DNA of 64,000 bases from Octopus vulgaris (Eukaryota), in contig OX597816.1 in the NCBI GenBank assembly GCA_951406725.2, forward strand, positions 43,214,001-43,278,000. Reading direction: 5' to 3'. Both the position numbers and the translations under genes were made by a program. Every line of letters starts with the position of its first letter. The first letter of the stretch is position 1. The notes beneath the pieces are model-generated. The model had not been told where the DNA came from. It made no database searches and worked only from the letters and a program-made list of their open reading frames with translations. Below are positions 1 to 11,808 of the stretch, piece after piece.

Positions 1-414
1 ATTAACAGAGTGAGTGAGTGAGTGAATGAGAGAGTGAGTGAGAGAGTGAGTGAGTGTTTGAAGTGATGGCGTCGTGAATGAACAATTGATTAACTGACCT
101 GAATGAGTTTTATATTGTGGTTTTTCAGTGTCTGGAAGGTGGAATAAAGAGAGAGAGAGAAGCGAGGAGATACAAATGGAATGAAAAAGGGAGAGAAGAA
201 ATTGAAAGTGTGTGGGGAGAAGATATGAAGTAAGAGACATACAGATAGGGAGAGAGAGGGATTTGGAAAGAAAACAGAGGACGTTTTAGAAGTATTCTAT
301 AAGTGTGAATGTGTAAAGAGATGCAAGCAGTGGTGAAGGACAGGCCAGAAAAAAGCATTGTCTAAATAAAACAGGAAACTAATAGGATTATATATGTGTA
401 TATATATGAATGCG

Positions 415-742
415 AGAGCGCGTGGCTTTGTGGTTAGGGCATTCGGCTCATGATCGTAAGGTTGTGAGTTCGATTCCCGGCGACGCGTTGTGTCCTTGAG
501 CAAGACATTATATTTCACGTTGCTCCAGTCCACTCAGCTGGCAAAAATGAGTAGTACCTGTATTTCAAAAAAGGGCCAGCCTTGTCACACTCTGTGTCAC
601 GCTGAATCTCTTTGCGAACTGCGTTAAGGGTACACGTGTCTGTGGGGTGCTCAGCCACTTACACGTTAATTTCACGAGCAAGCTGTTCCGTTGATCATAT
701 CAGGTGGGACCCTCGTCGTCGTAACCGACGGAGTGTTCCTTT
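415..742 (+). mobile_element. tRNA-derived SINE, family A (short variant)
   Basis: A-box TGGCTTTGTGG, B-box GAGTTCGATTCC, core TGTCCTTGAGCAAGAC, tail ...GTAACCGACGGAGTG; flanking direct repeat TATATGAATGCG; ~10 related copies in window. Confidence 0.9.
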
Positions 743-996
743 TATATGAATGCGTTTGTGTATACATATATAGGTGTGTATGTGTGTGTGTATATATGTA
801 TGTGTCTGGAAATACGTGCGTTTGAGAACGAAGAGCAGACGAACAGAGATAGGAGAAAGTCAATGGTTTAAATAAAGAGACAGGAGAAGAGTGTAGGAGT
901 TAGAGGTAGAAGCGATAAAGGAAGTAGTTTGGATGAGAAGAAAAATATATTGCTTGGAAATGAAAACGTTTGAGTTCATATAAATATCTGTGTATA

Positions 997-1096
<100 letters not shown>

Positions 1097-1199
1097 TACA
1101 TATATATATATATAGAGAGAGAGAAAGCGAAATATATATATATATATATATATGCATACATGCATACACACATCTATAAATTAGTAAGTGAGAAAGAGA

Positions 1200-1230
<31 letters not shown>

Positions 1231-1750
1231 CTAATCAAGAAGTAAAATTAGGTAAAAGAAAAAATAGAAAAGAAATTACAGAAAATGAAAACCGAGAAGA
1301 CAGGAGACAGCCTTACAATGTATATATGTGTATATATGCGTACGAATGTAAATACATATATATTTGTTTATGTTAATATACAAACATATATGTGTATGTG
1401 CATACGATTATATATGTCCGTATGCGTTTGTACATACGATTATATGTGTGTGTATGTATATGTATGATTATACGTGAGTATGTATATATCTGTATTTGAG
1501 AATGGATGTCTGTATACGTATGCATGTTGAAAGGAGTAATAAAAAGATTTCAGGGAAAGCTTCTTTCTCTGCAGATAGAATATGGTAGAGGTCAGCTTGA
1601 ATTGAAATATATTACAATTGGTCCAATATTGATTGATTCACCTAATATTTATTTGTTTTTTTTTCTTTTATATCTGTTTATGATCATCATCATCATAATG
1701 CTCATCAGCATCTACAACAAAACGTCATTTTTATTGTTGTTGTTGTTGTC

Positions 1751-1840
<90 letters not shown>

Positions 1841-2080
1841 GTTATTATTTTTATTAATCATCATTTTATTTAGATTTATCTTGGTTGCCGACTTGTTTTC
1901 TTCTTTTCATTTTTTTCTCCATTTTAATTTCAAAGCTACACATGGCATTATTGAAAAAAAAAATTCAATCAATATGGAACTTCGGCATATTGGCAATAAT
2001 TGAAATAAAAATGTCTGTAATTGAAAAAAAGTAAGATTCTAAAAAAGCGAAGAAAGGAAACTGTGAGATAGAAAGAAGGA

Positions 2081-2121
<41 letters not shown>

Positions 2122-2980
2122 AGAGAAAAGTGAAAAAAAAATATTTAAAAAAAGCATCAGAACTATGTAAATATCAAATAGGATAAATTACAATTATATA
2201 ATTAAAACTTGCTTTAAGTTGTTGCTAATTCATATCTCAGTGGTTTGAAGGTAATGAGAAATACTCGCTTTCCTTTCGAGACTGGAATGTTTCGATTCGG
2301 TATTTAAGCTTTCGATTTTGGCACCGAGGATAGAACGATAAAATTGACGGAGGAATATCGTCACATTTCTAAACTTTGATTATACTTAGGAATCAAGAAC
2401 GTATGTGTTACAGCAATTTTTTGCATTTATCGGTTCATGGCGCTTATATCGTTTGGAAAATGTAAGAAACCTAAGGTGTGGTATTTTCTGTATTAGTATT
2501 AGACATCGAAAGATGACCGGAAAATACAGCTATGGAAATGTAGCTTATTACTGAAAATAATTGAAACTGAACATCATTGAATGTTTGCGTCGTACAATTC
2601 TCAATAGAAAATCTACTGTTTTCCAAGGTGTACCCTGTTCCTTTGGTCCATTGCAAAACATTGTAGAATTGTCTTTTCCTCCACTGCCCAATTAATGGTG
2701 GGTTGTAAGCTGTACCTTGCAGAAAAAGCAGCTAACCTCTATCCCACTCAGCAGCCATCTTCTTACAGTACACACTTAGGATATGTTCTCTAGTTCTATC
2801 CTCATCTCCATGTCTCTATGTACTTTTACATACACACATATATATACATACGTAAATATATACATATATGCGTGCGTGTGTGTGTATGTGTGCGAGTGAA
2901 CGTGTATGTTTGTATATAAATGCGTACATGAGTGTATATATTTGATTGTACATATACACATACATATAAACGCACGCACA

Positions 2981-3058
<78 letters not shown>

Positions 3059-3059
3059 A

Positions 3060-3447
3060 CTTCGTCACAATCATTGGAGTCTTGGAGCGGGCCGAGATCC
3101 CCAGCATTGAAGCCATACTACTGAAGTACCACCTCCGATGAGCAGGGCATGTCCCAAGAATGGAGAACCATCGCCTTCCAAAGATTACTCTGTTTAGCGA
3201 ACTCTCCACCGGCCACCGAGTGAGAGAAGCTCCGAGGAAGCGCTACAAAGACAGCATCAAGAAGTCTCTAACAGCATGCCAAATTAACCACCAATGCTGG
3301 TCAGACCTGGCTGCGGACCGTGATGTCTGGCGCCACACGATCTTCAACGCAGTCAGCAAGTTTGAGGTACAAAGAAGAGACGCACTTAAAGACAAGAGAC
3401 CCAGGAGAAATGCGCGAGCCGCCTCTGACACCACACCGGATGTTACC
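3060..3447 (+). mobile_element. RTE-clade LINE, 3' fragment of ORF (pseudogenised)
   Basis: Translation VLERAEIPSIEAILLKYHLR*AGHVPRMENHRLPKITLFSELSTGHR..GAPRKRYKD-like..WSDLAADRDVWR, typical of the RTE/BovB C-terminus; in-frame stop; flanked by (TA)n. Confidence 0.85.
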
Positions 3448-3796
3448 TTATATATATATATATCCACGTATGTGTGTGTACTGTATTATATATTATATGA
3501 TATTATATTATCTACTATAATAATACTCTTATGTTTTCTCTCTCACAAGATATGAATGCAAAAGAAAGGGATGACGGATGAATAAGGAAGGAAGGGGTGA
3601 TGGAAAGCTGGTAGGGGAGCGTTTCAACGCTGTGTAAGTATATGTGTGCATGTGTGTGCGTGTACAAAGGAAGTATATAAATGTTTATATGCGTGAACTA
3701 CCGTTCTTTCAGTAACAAACGATGATCGATGTCACATCTAAAATGACAACCACTTGATAACATTGACAAGTGTATTAATTTGGTTTACCATCCATA

Positions 3797-4194
3797 TCTT
3801 TATATGTAAAAGTAAAGTTGTGTGTCTGTCTCCTACGATTTAGATTCCTAACTAGTCCCACACTTTGCGGTGCAGTTTAACCAAAACCGAGTATCCTATA
3901 GTCGCGATTCATATCGAGCCCTTCTGGGTATTAGCGCGCGTCTACGATTAGTCTACGATTTTAAAAATAATTTGCCATCATTTTTTTCCATTTTAATGCA
4001 TTTTTTTAGCTATTATATAAGGGAAGTAACTCTCTAAAAATGTCTACGATGAGTCAACGATTTTTAAAAAAATTTACCATAATTTTTTTTCCATTTTTAA
4101 TGCATTTTTTTGCTATTTTTTGGCTATAACTCTCTAAAAATGCTTTATAGTTATTTCTCTTACAAACCCGAGCAACGCCGGGCGATACTGCTAG
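3797..4194 (+). mobile_element. non-autonomous Helitron
   Basis: 5' TC after A3796; 3' hairpin CCCGAGCAACGCCGGG (4167-4182) then CTAG (4191-4194) followed by T; internal ~100-bp tandem duplication. Confidence 0.85.
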
Positions 4195-4250
4195 TTTATA
4201 TATAAAATACTACAATTATCCGTCATTTTTGACGGCCAGGGTCCAGCTAG
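4195..4250 (+). mobile_element. second Helitron-type 3' end (mini-Helitron remnant)
   Basis: Hairpin CCGTCA-TTTT-TGACGG (4220-4235), 11 nt, then CTAG (4247-4250) and T. Confidence 0.6.
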
Positions 4251-4997
4251 TATTATATATTATATTAGCGACAGGATCGGTATTAATACCAAAAGACATT
4301 CTTTGTATTCTGCTACACTACACATAGATTCGGTATTAGAACGCTGACTACTGCGGTATTCGCTTTGTGGAGTCCTCCATGTAGAAAGTATGTTACTGAA
4401 AGCGCAGGCATACATCGTAGTATCTGAGAATCGTCTTTCGTTCAAGATACAAATATTTTGGAGTCCTATTTTGTCTTCTTTCAATACACAAATATGAAAT
4501 GTGTGAAATTCTAAAGTTTACATCCTGATATTCCCTCGAAAAGTTTGTCCTCTATATGCTGCCAACAGCTTTGGATTGTACCAATGATCAAAGCTCTTGC
4601 ATTTTTCGCGAGCAAATCCATTAAACTGAATGTTGTTGTCGTTCTTGCTACTGATGTTGATGTTGTTACTTACCTTCATGTCAGGCCAGACAGAGCAAGG
4701 ATTATGGTCAAAAGAAGATGACGATGCGGAGGTGAAGCACGACAACGAGGAGTGGGGGGCATGGACGAGGAAAACGACCACGTCGACAACAAAATGGGCA
4801 ATAATAAGGATGACCATAATGATCATGATAATGAGGACGAGGATGATGATGAACGGTGATGGCGACGACGTGGACGATGGTGACGTTAATGGTGATGATA
4901 ATAGTGGTGGTGGTGGCGGTGGTGGAGAGAAGGAGGAGGAGGGGAAAGAGGAGGTGATTGTGGTGATGGTGGCGCGACGGAAGCGGTAGTGGTGAAA

Positions 4998-5230
4998 AGG
5001 CGACGAGCTGGTAGAATCGTTAGCCCGCCGGGTGAAATGCTTAGTGGTATTTAGTCTGCCGCTACGTTCTGAGTTTAAATTCCGCCGAGGTCGACTTTGC
5101 CTTTCATCCTTTCGGGGTCGATAAATTAAGTCCCAGTTACGCCCTGGGGTCGATGTAATCGACTAAATACCTATGTCTGTCCTTGTTTGTCCACTCTATG
5201 TTTAGCCCCTTGTGGGTAGTAAAGAAATAG
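4998..5230 (+). mobile_element. SINE family C
   Basis: GGCGACGAGCTGGTAGAATCGTTAG...GAGTTTAAATTCCGCCGAGGTCGACTTTGCC...CCCCTTGTGGGTAGTAAAGAAAT; several near-identical copies in window. Confidence 0.85.
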
Positions 5231-5957
5231 GTAATGATGGCGTTGGTGACGTGGAACACAACGACGACGTGGATGATGATGATAATGATGACGATGATGA
5301 TGATGATGATGGTCATCATCATCATCATCATGTTAATGAAGATGACGCCGACGATAATGACCGTATAAAAAAAATGATAGACTACTATGCGCTTTTAAAC
5401 GTGAACGATTCCCTCGTCTGTATTGTAATGTTTATATCAGATACTTTCTAATAATCAGGTGTGTGTGTGTGTGTGTGTGAGTGTGTGTGTGTGTGAGAGA
5501 GAGAGAGTGTGTGTGTGTGTGTGTACTTACTGACATTTCTATGTAGACACATGAATTGATGCACAGTTAGCATAACTGGACAAAGACAACGATTCGATGG
5601 TAATTATGAAACGGCAATTCAAAGCAGAAAAATAATTTAAATACAAATTAGTGTTTTTTGTTTTTGTTTTTTTATTATTGATTTATTTCTATGCGTAGCT
5701 CAAAAAATCGAAATTTACTTTAATCGAAGACAGATGAAAGAAATATAATTAGAAGGAATTTGAATTCGAAACACGCCTGTTTACAAAATGTTTGTCTGTT
5801 CTGTCTTCATATTTTATTGGTAACAGAAAATGTTAACTCTGTAACGAAATAAAGAACCAGATCCATGCATCTCTATCGGAAATATTAACATTTTTTTGGC
5901 CGTATATGGTGGATAACCAAAGACGTAAATAACAAGGAAAATATTCAAAACATTCAC

Positions 5958-6035
5958 CTTCACACATCACACTGGGAGCCTTTTTGTGGTTTGTTGGGCC
6001 TGCCAAACATAGCAGCCAAACGTTGAAATTCCTGC
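5958..6035 (-). CDS. possible isolated 78-nt exon of unknown gene
   Basis: Minus strand: polypyrimidine acceptor CCTCTTTTCTTTTTAAAG|G and donor AG|GTGAAT; one frame open, another reads QEFQRLAAMFGRPNKPQKGSQCDV*; no homologue recognised. Confidence 0.25.
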
Positions 6036-6525
6036 CTTTAAAAAGAAAAGAGGTTTTAAGTATAGAATATTTGAAAAACAAAAATGGAAGACTGACGAAG
6101 TTGACACGGCTAAAAATGCTTTGGTCATATGTCTACTCAATGATAAATGATTTGGAAATGAATAGAAATAAACCATAAGAAAGCAGGTGTCCTTGATATT
6201 TTGATCACCATACACACACATGCGCGCGCATATGTCTATGTGTAAAAATATATGCATACTGCTTATAGTTGTCAGTCAGTGTTAACGACGACGTTGTCCT
6301 CTAGGAATCTTCTGTATTTTGCGAGTTGATAGATGTGAAAAATACGAATGTTTATATAGATAACATAGTGCAACAATTGTTATTGAAAATGTTAACGGTG
6401 CCGTATTTAAAAAAAGAAATTGCAAATTACATACACACACACAAACATATGTATATCGCTATGGGCTCCGTGTGGGCAGTCATCTAAGAGTTTTGTTCAT
6501 CTTGATGCTGACATAAGTTCCTTGT

Positions 6526-6608
6526 TTTTCCTGATGAGAAGGCGGCATAATGCACCCCTTATTCCTTCGAAATTAGGAATATGCAGCCTTCGAAACATAT
6601 GTCGAGAA
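6526..6608 (+). ncRNA. type I hammerhead ribozyme motif (canonical core) in Penelope-like 3' fragment
   Basis: Stem I UUUUC/GAGAA, CUGAUGA (6531-6537), long stem II GAAGGC.GCAUA/UAUGC.GCCUUC, GAAAC-AUAU-GUC cleavage triplet (6601-6603), then AATAAA and (TA)n. Confidence 0.85.
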
Positions 6609-6663
6609 TAAAGGAATTTTGTTAAATCGTTGTTCAACTCCCATTTATTTATTTATTATATTC

Positions 6664-6722
<59 letters not shown>

Positions 6723-6723
6723 A

Positions 6724-6845
6724 TGGTCTGCTAGCTTAGCCAGCGGGGTGGCGGCATTTGAAGGCTAAAACAATGCGAAGCGCATTGTGACCAGCGATGT
6801 GTAGCAACATCTGATAGCCTGGTCGGTCACGGTGATCACTGTGAT
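6724..6845 (+). repeat. ~120-bp interspersed repeat inserted in (TA)n
   Basis: Second, inverted copy at 38378-38496; both embedded in (TA)n; hairpin-like 3' end TCACGGTGATCACTGTGA. Confidence 0.75.
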
Positions 6846-7157
6846 ATACATGTATATACATGGTCATTCACATAAGCGAATGCAATTAACGGCCAATGAG
6901 AGGACGTGCACAAGAAATGTATAAGCCTGACGCTCGGTGAAAAGAGAAAGTTTGATGTTTTGTGCATACTGCTTCGACGGAAGAGAGAAAGGCAAAAGTC
7001 CAAAGAAGGAAAGCAAATCGTCAAATTCACGTGTGTAATTACGTTATATATGCCCTTCAAACCCATACGGTGCTCCGGCATGGCCGCACTCAATGACTGA
7101 CAATAAAAGCTAAAATAGAGAATGAGATAGAATTTCGTACAAAATTTCTGAAGGAAC

Positions 7158-7332
7158 ATTATTTACATTTGATGGATATTTGTCCTCATCTTGTTTGTTG
7201 TTAACTCAACGTTTCGGTTGATCAGCCTTCATCAGGTGTCTTGGGGAAATTTCGAACCTGGGTTCTCATTCCCAAGGTATTTTTATGATGTTATTATTAT
7301 TATTATCATTATTGTTATTATTATTATTATTA

Positions 7333-7383
<51 letters not shown>

Positions 7384-7698
7384 TCAACGCCTGGAATCGA
7401 ACTCGGAATCTTGGGGTTAGTAGCCCGCGCTCTTAACCTCAAGATACCGAGTTCGATTCCAGGCAGTGACTTGAATAATAATAATAATAATAATAATAAC
7501 AATAATAATAATAATAAAATCGAAAAATTAGGAATGAGAACCCAGGTTCGAAATTTCCCCAAGACACCTAATGAAGGCTGGAGGGTATATCAGTCGAAAT
7601 GTTGTGTTAACAACAAACAAGATGAGGACAATATCCGTCAAATGTAAATAATGTAAATAATGTACGTAATTCCTCATCTCTTAAATACAAAACTGTAT
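7158..7698. mobile_element. head-to-head inverted dimer of a tRNA-headed, hammerhead-containing non-autonomous retroelement
   Basis: Arms 7158-7438 (-) and 7439-7698 (+), each with B-box GAGTTCGATTCC, (AAT)n spacer and HHR motif GACAC-CT(G/A)ATGA-A-GGCTG..C-GAAA(C/T)GTT-G(T/A)GTT; 13-bp TSD TTTCTGAAGGAAC (7145-7157, 7699-7711). Confidence 0.85.
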
Positions 7699-8500
7699 TT
7701 TCTGAAGGAACCTTAAAATTTTTCAGCTTAATCTCACCTTATCGTCTTTAGGAGAACGCGTAGCGTATTGGATGATATAAACCGAAATAAATTACCTTTA
7801 AAAACACGGGATTATCACGGCTACAAGAATTGTAACATTATATCTGCTGGATAAAGGCTGATATTTTTGCAAAGATGTTCAAAGATGCAATAATTTTGAT
7901 TATATGTCTGTTGGTAAATAACTGCATCTCTAAAGCATATTCATGAGTCAATTATATTTTTGAGAAAAAAGGCATTTCTGATATGTCTGACAGACGTTTG
8001 CAATTATATTTCCCAGACTGAAATATAATCTTAAATCTACTCTGTGGTATATTGCATAATCATATTATGGCACTAATTAATAAATCTCACTCAGAAGAGA
8101 CGATATTTAGTGAATGTTGAATGAATATGTAAATAGCTAAAAAAATTAGACTGAAGCATTCGAGTTTAGCCTTCCTGAAACTGATGAGATCGAAATATGT
8201 TGAAATGCTGCTTTTTTCAGAAGCTATACTTTCATACTTGCGCAATTAAAAACAAAGCATTACATTTTTAAGCGTGAAATAAATATGAATACTGGGGAAG
8301 CAAACTTGTCATGATAGATTCAGGGAAAGTAGGAGACGCAAGGTAAAGCATGTATCTAGCTGTCTATCTATCATTCTATCTATCAATCAATCTATCTATT
8401 CATCTATCTATCTATTTATCTATATATATACTTGTCTGTTTATCCATCTATCTATTTCTCTATCTATCAATCTGTCCATCTACCTATCTATCTCACTGTA

Positions 8501-8561
<61 letters not shown>

Positions 8562-8669
8562 AGAAAGAGGGGGAAGAGATAGAAAGAAAGAGGGATTGTG
8601 TATATGTATAATATATACACGCACGCATTTACTTATGTTTATTAATGTTTATATATTTCTATGTTTATA

Positions 8670-8737
<68 letters not shown>

Positions 8738-8774
8738 CATACATACATGCATATACATACATATACATATACAT

Positions 8775-9175
8775 TTTGTCATCATCTGTAGTGGATGGTC
8801 TGTCTGATCGCTCTTTATCAATAAGGCTACAATCTCTAGCTCGGAACCTTGCGAACCACTTCCGTACAGCTCTTTCGGATAAAGAAACGTCACCGTAAAC
8901 TGCGCATATTTCTTTGGTTGCTTGTGAAGTATTTTTCCCTTTACAGAAAAAGAAGATCATTAAGTACCCAAAATGAACTTTCTTATCTTCCATTTTAAAG
9001 GGTTACAGAATTAACAAAGGTTATATGAACATAAACCTTCTTCCACGAAAAGATAGCATAAACTGTGCTCTAAATGGAGTTGTAGTCAAATCCTATTTCA
9101 TGGGCTCTACCATGTTCTAAAATAAGTCGAAAGGTAAGCTATTATAAATCGGCACGAACTTTCCGGACAACCCAA
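8775..9175 (-). mobile_element. mariner transposon, 5' fragment (TIR + HTH of transposase)
   Basis: TIR TTGGGTTGTCCGGAAAGTTCGTGCCGATTT (9146-9175) next to TA; ORF MEDKKVHFGYLM..ATKEICAVYGDVSLSERAVRKWFARFR..DKERSDRP is a mariner HTH; truncated at microsatellite. Confidence 0.9.
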
Positions 9176-9428
9176 TATATATAAACATAGTCGTATATAT
9201 GTGCGAAAGCAGGCATTTACTGGAAGGCCCTGTCTATGTGTCTGCCAAGATATATATCAGAATCTGCTTACGTGTTTGTATGTAGGAATATGTAAGTAGG
9301 GATAGAAATTTTGTATGTATAAACGCTTGTATGTTCAGCTACGTGGGCTTTTAGAAGTGTACACACGTATTTACGTAAACATAATATACATGTATGTATG
9401 CATGTATATATATATATATATATTATAT

Positions 9429-9489
<61 letters not shown>

Positions 9490-9704
9490 ATATATATTTA
9501 TACATGTGTATTGGAGCTTGATTTTATAAGCTTCTATATTCACAAATCTGGACAGCGAAGCGTTATGACATATGTCGACGAATGTAATTTTTACGCTATT
9601 TAATAATACGTAAATACTCACGGATTGATAGGCAGACAAACAGACAGGCATGCATAATTAAATAGATCTGCCCACACAAAAACATACACACACACACACA
9701 CACA

Positions 9705-9736
<32 letters not shown>

Positions 9737-9796
9737 TTCACTCAAACATACATACACGTATATGTATATATATGTGGGCGATGCAATACTTTCACA

Positions 9797-10380
9797 GGCG
9801 CAGGCGTGGTTGTGTGCTAAGAGACTTGCCTCCCAACCACACGCTTCAGGTTTCAGTCTCACTGCGTGATACCTTGGATAAATATATTCTACTATACCCT
9901 CGGGTTGACCAATTTTTTGTGAGTGGATTTAGCCGACAGAAATTAAAAGAGGCCCGCTTTGCTTGCGCTTATATGTATATATAAATATATATACATACAT
10001 ATATATATACATACATATATACATACATATATAGTGGCACAGTGTATATAAATATATATGGTACAGTTAGATGTATATATATATATATATATATATGTAT
10101 ATGCGCGTGTGTGTCACCTTTTTACTCCTGGGTATTTTATATATATATATATATATCGGTGTGTTTGTGCTTGTTCTCCACCATCGCTCAAAAACCGGTG
10201 CTGGTCTGTCTACATCCCAATAACTTGGTGGCTCGGCAAAAGACACCTATAGAATAAGTACCAGGCTCGAAAATAAATACGTGCACTGGGGTGTCGATAC
10301 ATTCGAATAAAAAATCCTTGAAGGCGGTGACCCAGCATTACCGCAGTCTAATGGCTGACTAAAGTAAGAGATAAAAGATA
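9797..10380 (+). mobile_element. SINE family B (diverged, internal microsatellite)
   Basis: Matches the family-B head GGCGCAGG.GTGG.TGTGTG, core GTGAGTGGATTT and tail CAGCAT..CCGCAGTC..ATG.CTGA. Confidence 0.8.
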
Positions 10381-11702
10381 TTCCGGAGTGCGGTATATTG
10401 GGACGCATGCAGATTTAGTCAAATTGATTCCTGGGCATGTTTCGAATATTTATTCCGTTGGCCGCTTCTATCGACCCACCTAGTTAGGAGGGCATGAATA
10501 AAGGAACACCAGTTGTCGAAAATGGGTGCTCAAGCCCAAGTACGACACGCACGCATACACACACTCACACAGAAGGGAAAATGATTGGTCATTCGTGGCT
10601 TTCTTTCTTCAGTTAAGTTACCAGATGTACTTACAGTTTCAAGTATAATTAGAGGATAATTTAACTTCTTAAAGGGATGATTACATCCACGATGTCTTGC
10701 AAACAACTTGCACATGCAAGTGCTACCAGTCAAAAGCTCCGTATACCGGAAACCAGAAAGTGTATGGGGTCATCAGGAGAGAATGCGCACCGTTTCGGGG
10801 CCGACCTCTCGACGGCATCAATGCGCACCGGCCCCCCTCACAGATATGAGGCTCCGCTTGCTAGATCAGCTGGTTATCAAATTAGGCTCAATATCCTTCT
10901 AGCCATCACTCATCGTCTCTTTTTAACCAAATCTAGTGGCTAGCCTTCTCCACTGTAGATTGGATAACAGTCATGGTGGTATTGACTTTACGATGAGTTA
11001 GGCCTAGCGGTAACAACACTGGTTCTATTCCTAATATGCTTGGGAAATAGAAGTTCCCCAAATCAATAGGTATATATTATGCATATAATCCGTATTCAAT
11101 TAATAAAAGAATGGAAAATGAAGAGTTGAAAGTTAATAATTATTTATAACTGAATTGAAAATTCTTACTGCCTACGGCTGTTTCTATTTGTGCTCATTAA
11201 ATAAATGACAACTTTATGATTTAAATTTGCATTTATAAAATATGAACAAACTATCATGAGGGAAAAATATATATGCAGTGGGAAGGAATTTGAGTAACAG
11301 TAGCATAATTTATTTTAAAGGATGGATGAATTAAGTTTAGCTTTAACCTCCCCATTCCTATAAACACCAAGTAGCTAGTTAATTTACTTTGTGAACGGCA
11401 GTGCACCAAACCACACGTATGCATATGCTTACATTTTCGTGGATGCTTGTATAAGCGAGTGTACACGCGCCATGCAGCTTGCGCGAGGCCGTTTATACAT
11501 CCGTATTTCTTGACGGTCATTGTTAATGCTTTTCTCGCTGTATTGCATGTTCGTCTCTTTTTTTTTTTTTTTTTTTCATATCTATGATCTTATTTTTGAT
11601 CTTCCATATGAATGAAGATATTTCCTTAGTTTTGCTACTTTTCTTTTTACGAAATGAGAAGATACATTGCACGACTGTTATTTTAATGATTTGTGTCTAT
11701 TT

Positions 11703-11808
11703 ATCATCCGATGAGACACATCTGCACCGCCAGATGCTCCTGAATCAGTTGTTGAGTGTCCCACCGATGAGGGATCGATGCTAGATATGTCGAAACAACA
11801 GTCGTGAT
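11703..11808 (+). ncRNA. type I hammerhead ribozyme motif (U4C variant)
   Basis: Stem I AUCAU/GUGAU, CCGAUGA (11708-11714), stem II GACACAUCUG/UAGAUAUGUC, GAAAC-AACA-GUC (11801-11803), followed by AATAAA. Confidence 0.7.

Noticed and set aside
415-490. tRNA-like sequences with A/B boxes (also 15001, 49245, 51004, 7385-7465)
   Set aside because: No complete acceptor stem or cloverleaf, and they continue into repeated SINE bodies with TSDs; SINE heads, not tRNA genes.
4518-4826. 102-aa minus ORF with hydrophobic N-terminus resembling a secreted peptide
   Set aside because: The N-terminal half derives from degenerate (CAT/CGT)n low-complexity DNA; no recognisable domain or convincing splice sites.
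8178-8205. CTGATGAGATCGAAA hammerhead-like core
   Set aside because: No stem I pairing and essentially no stem II.
10632-10900. GC-richer unique segment with a minus-strand GTAAGT donor
   Set aside because: No frame stays open across the segment and no clear acceptor or homology.
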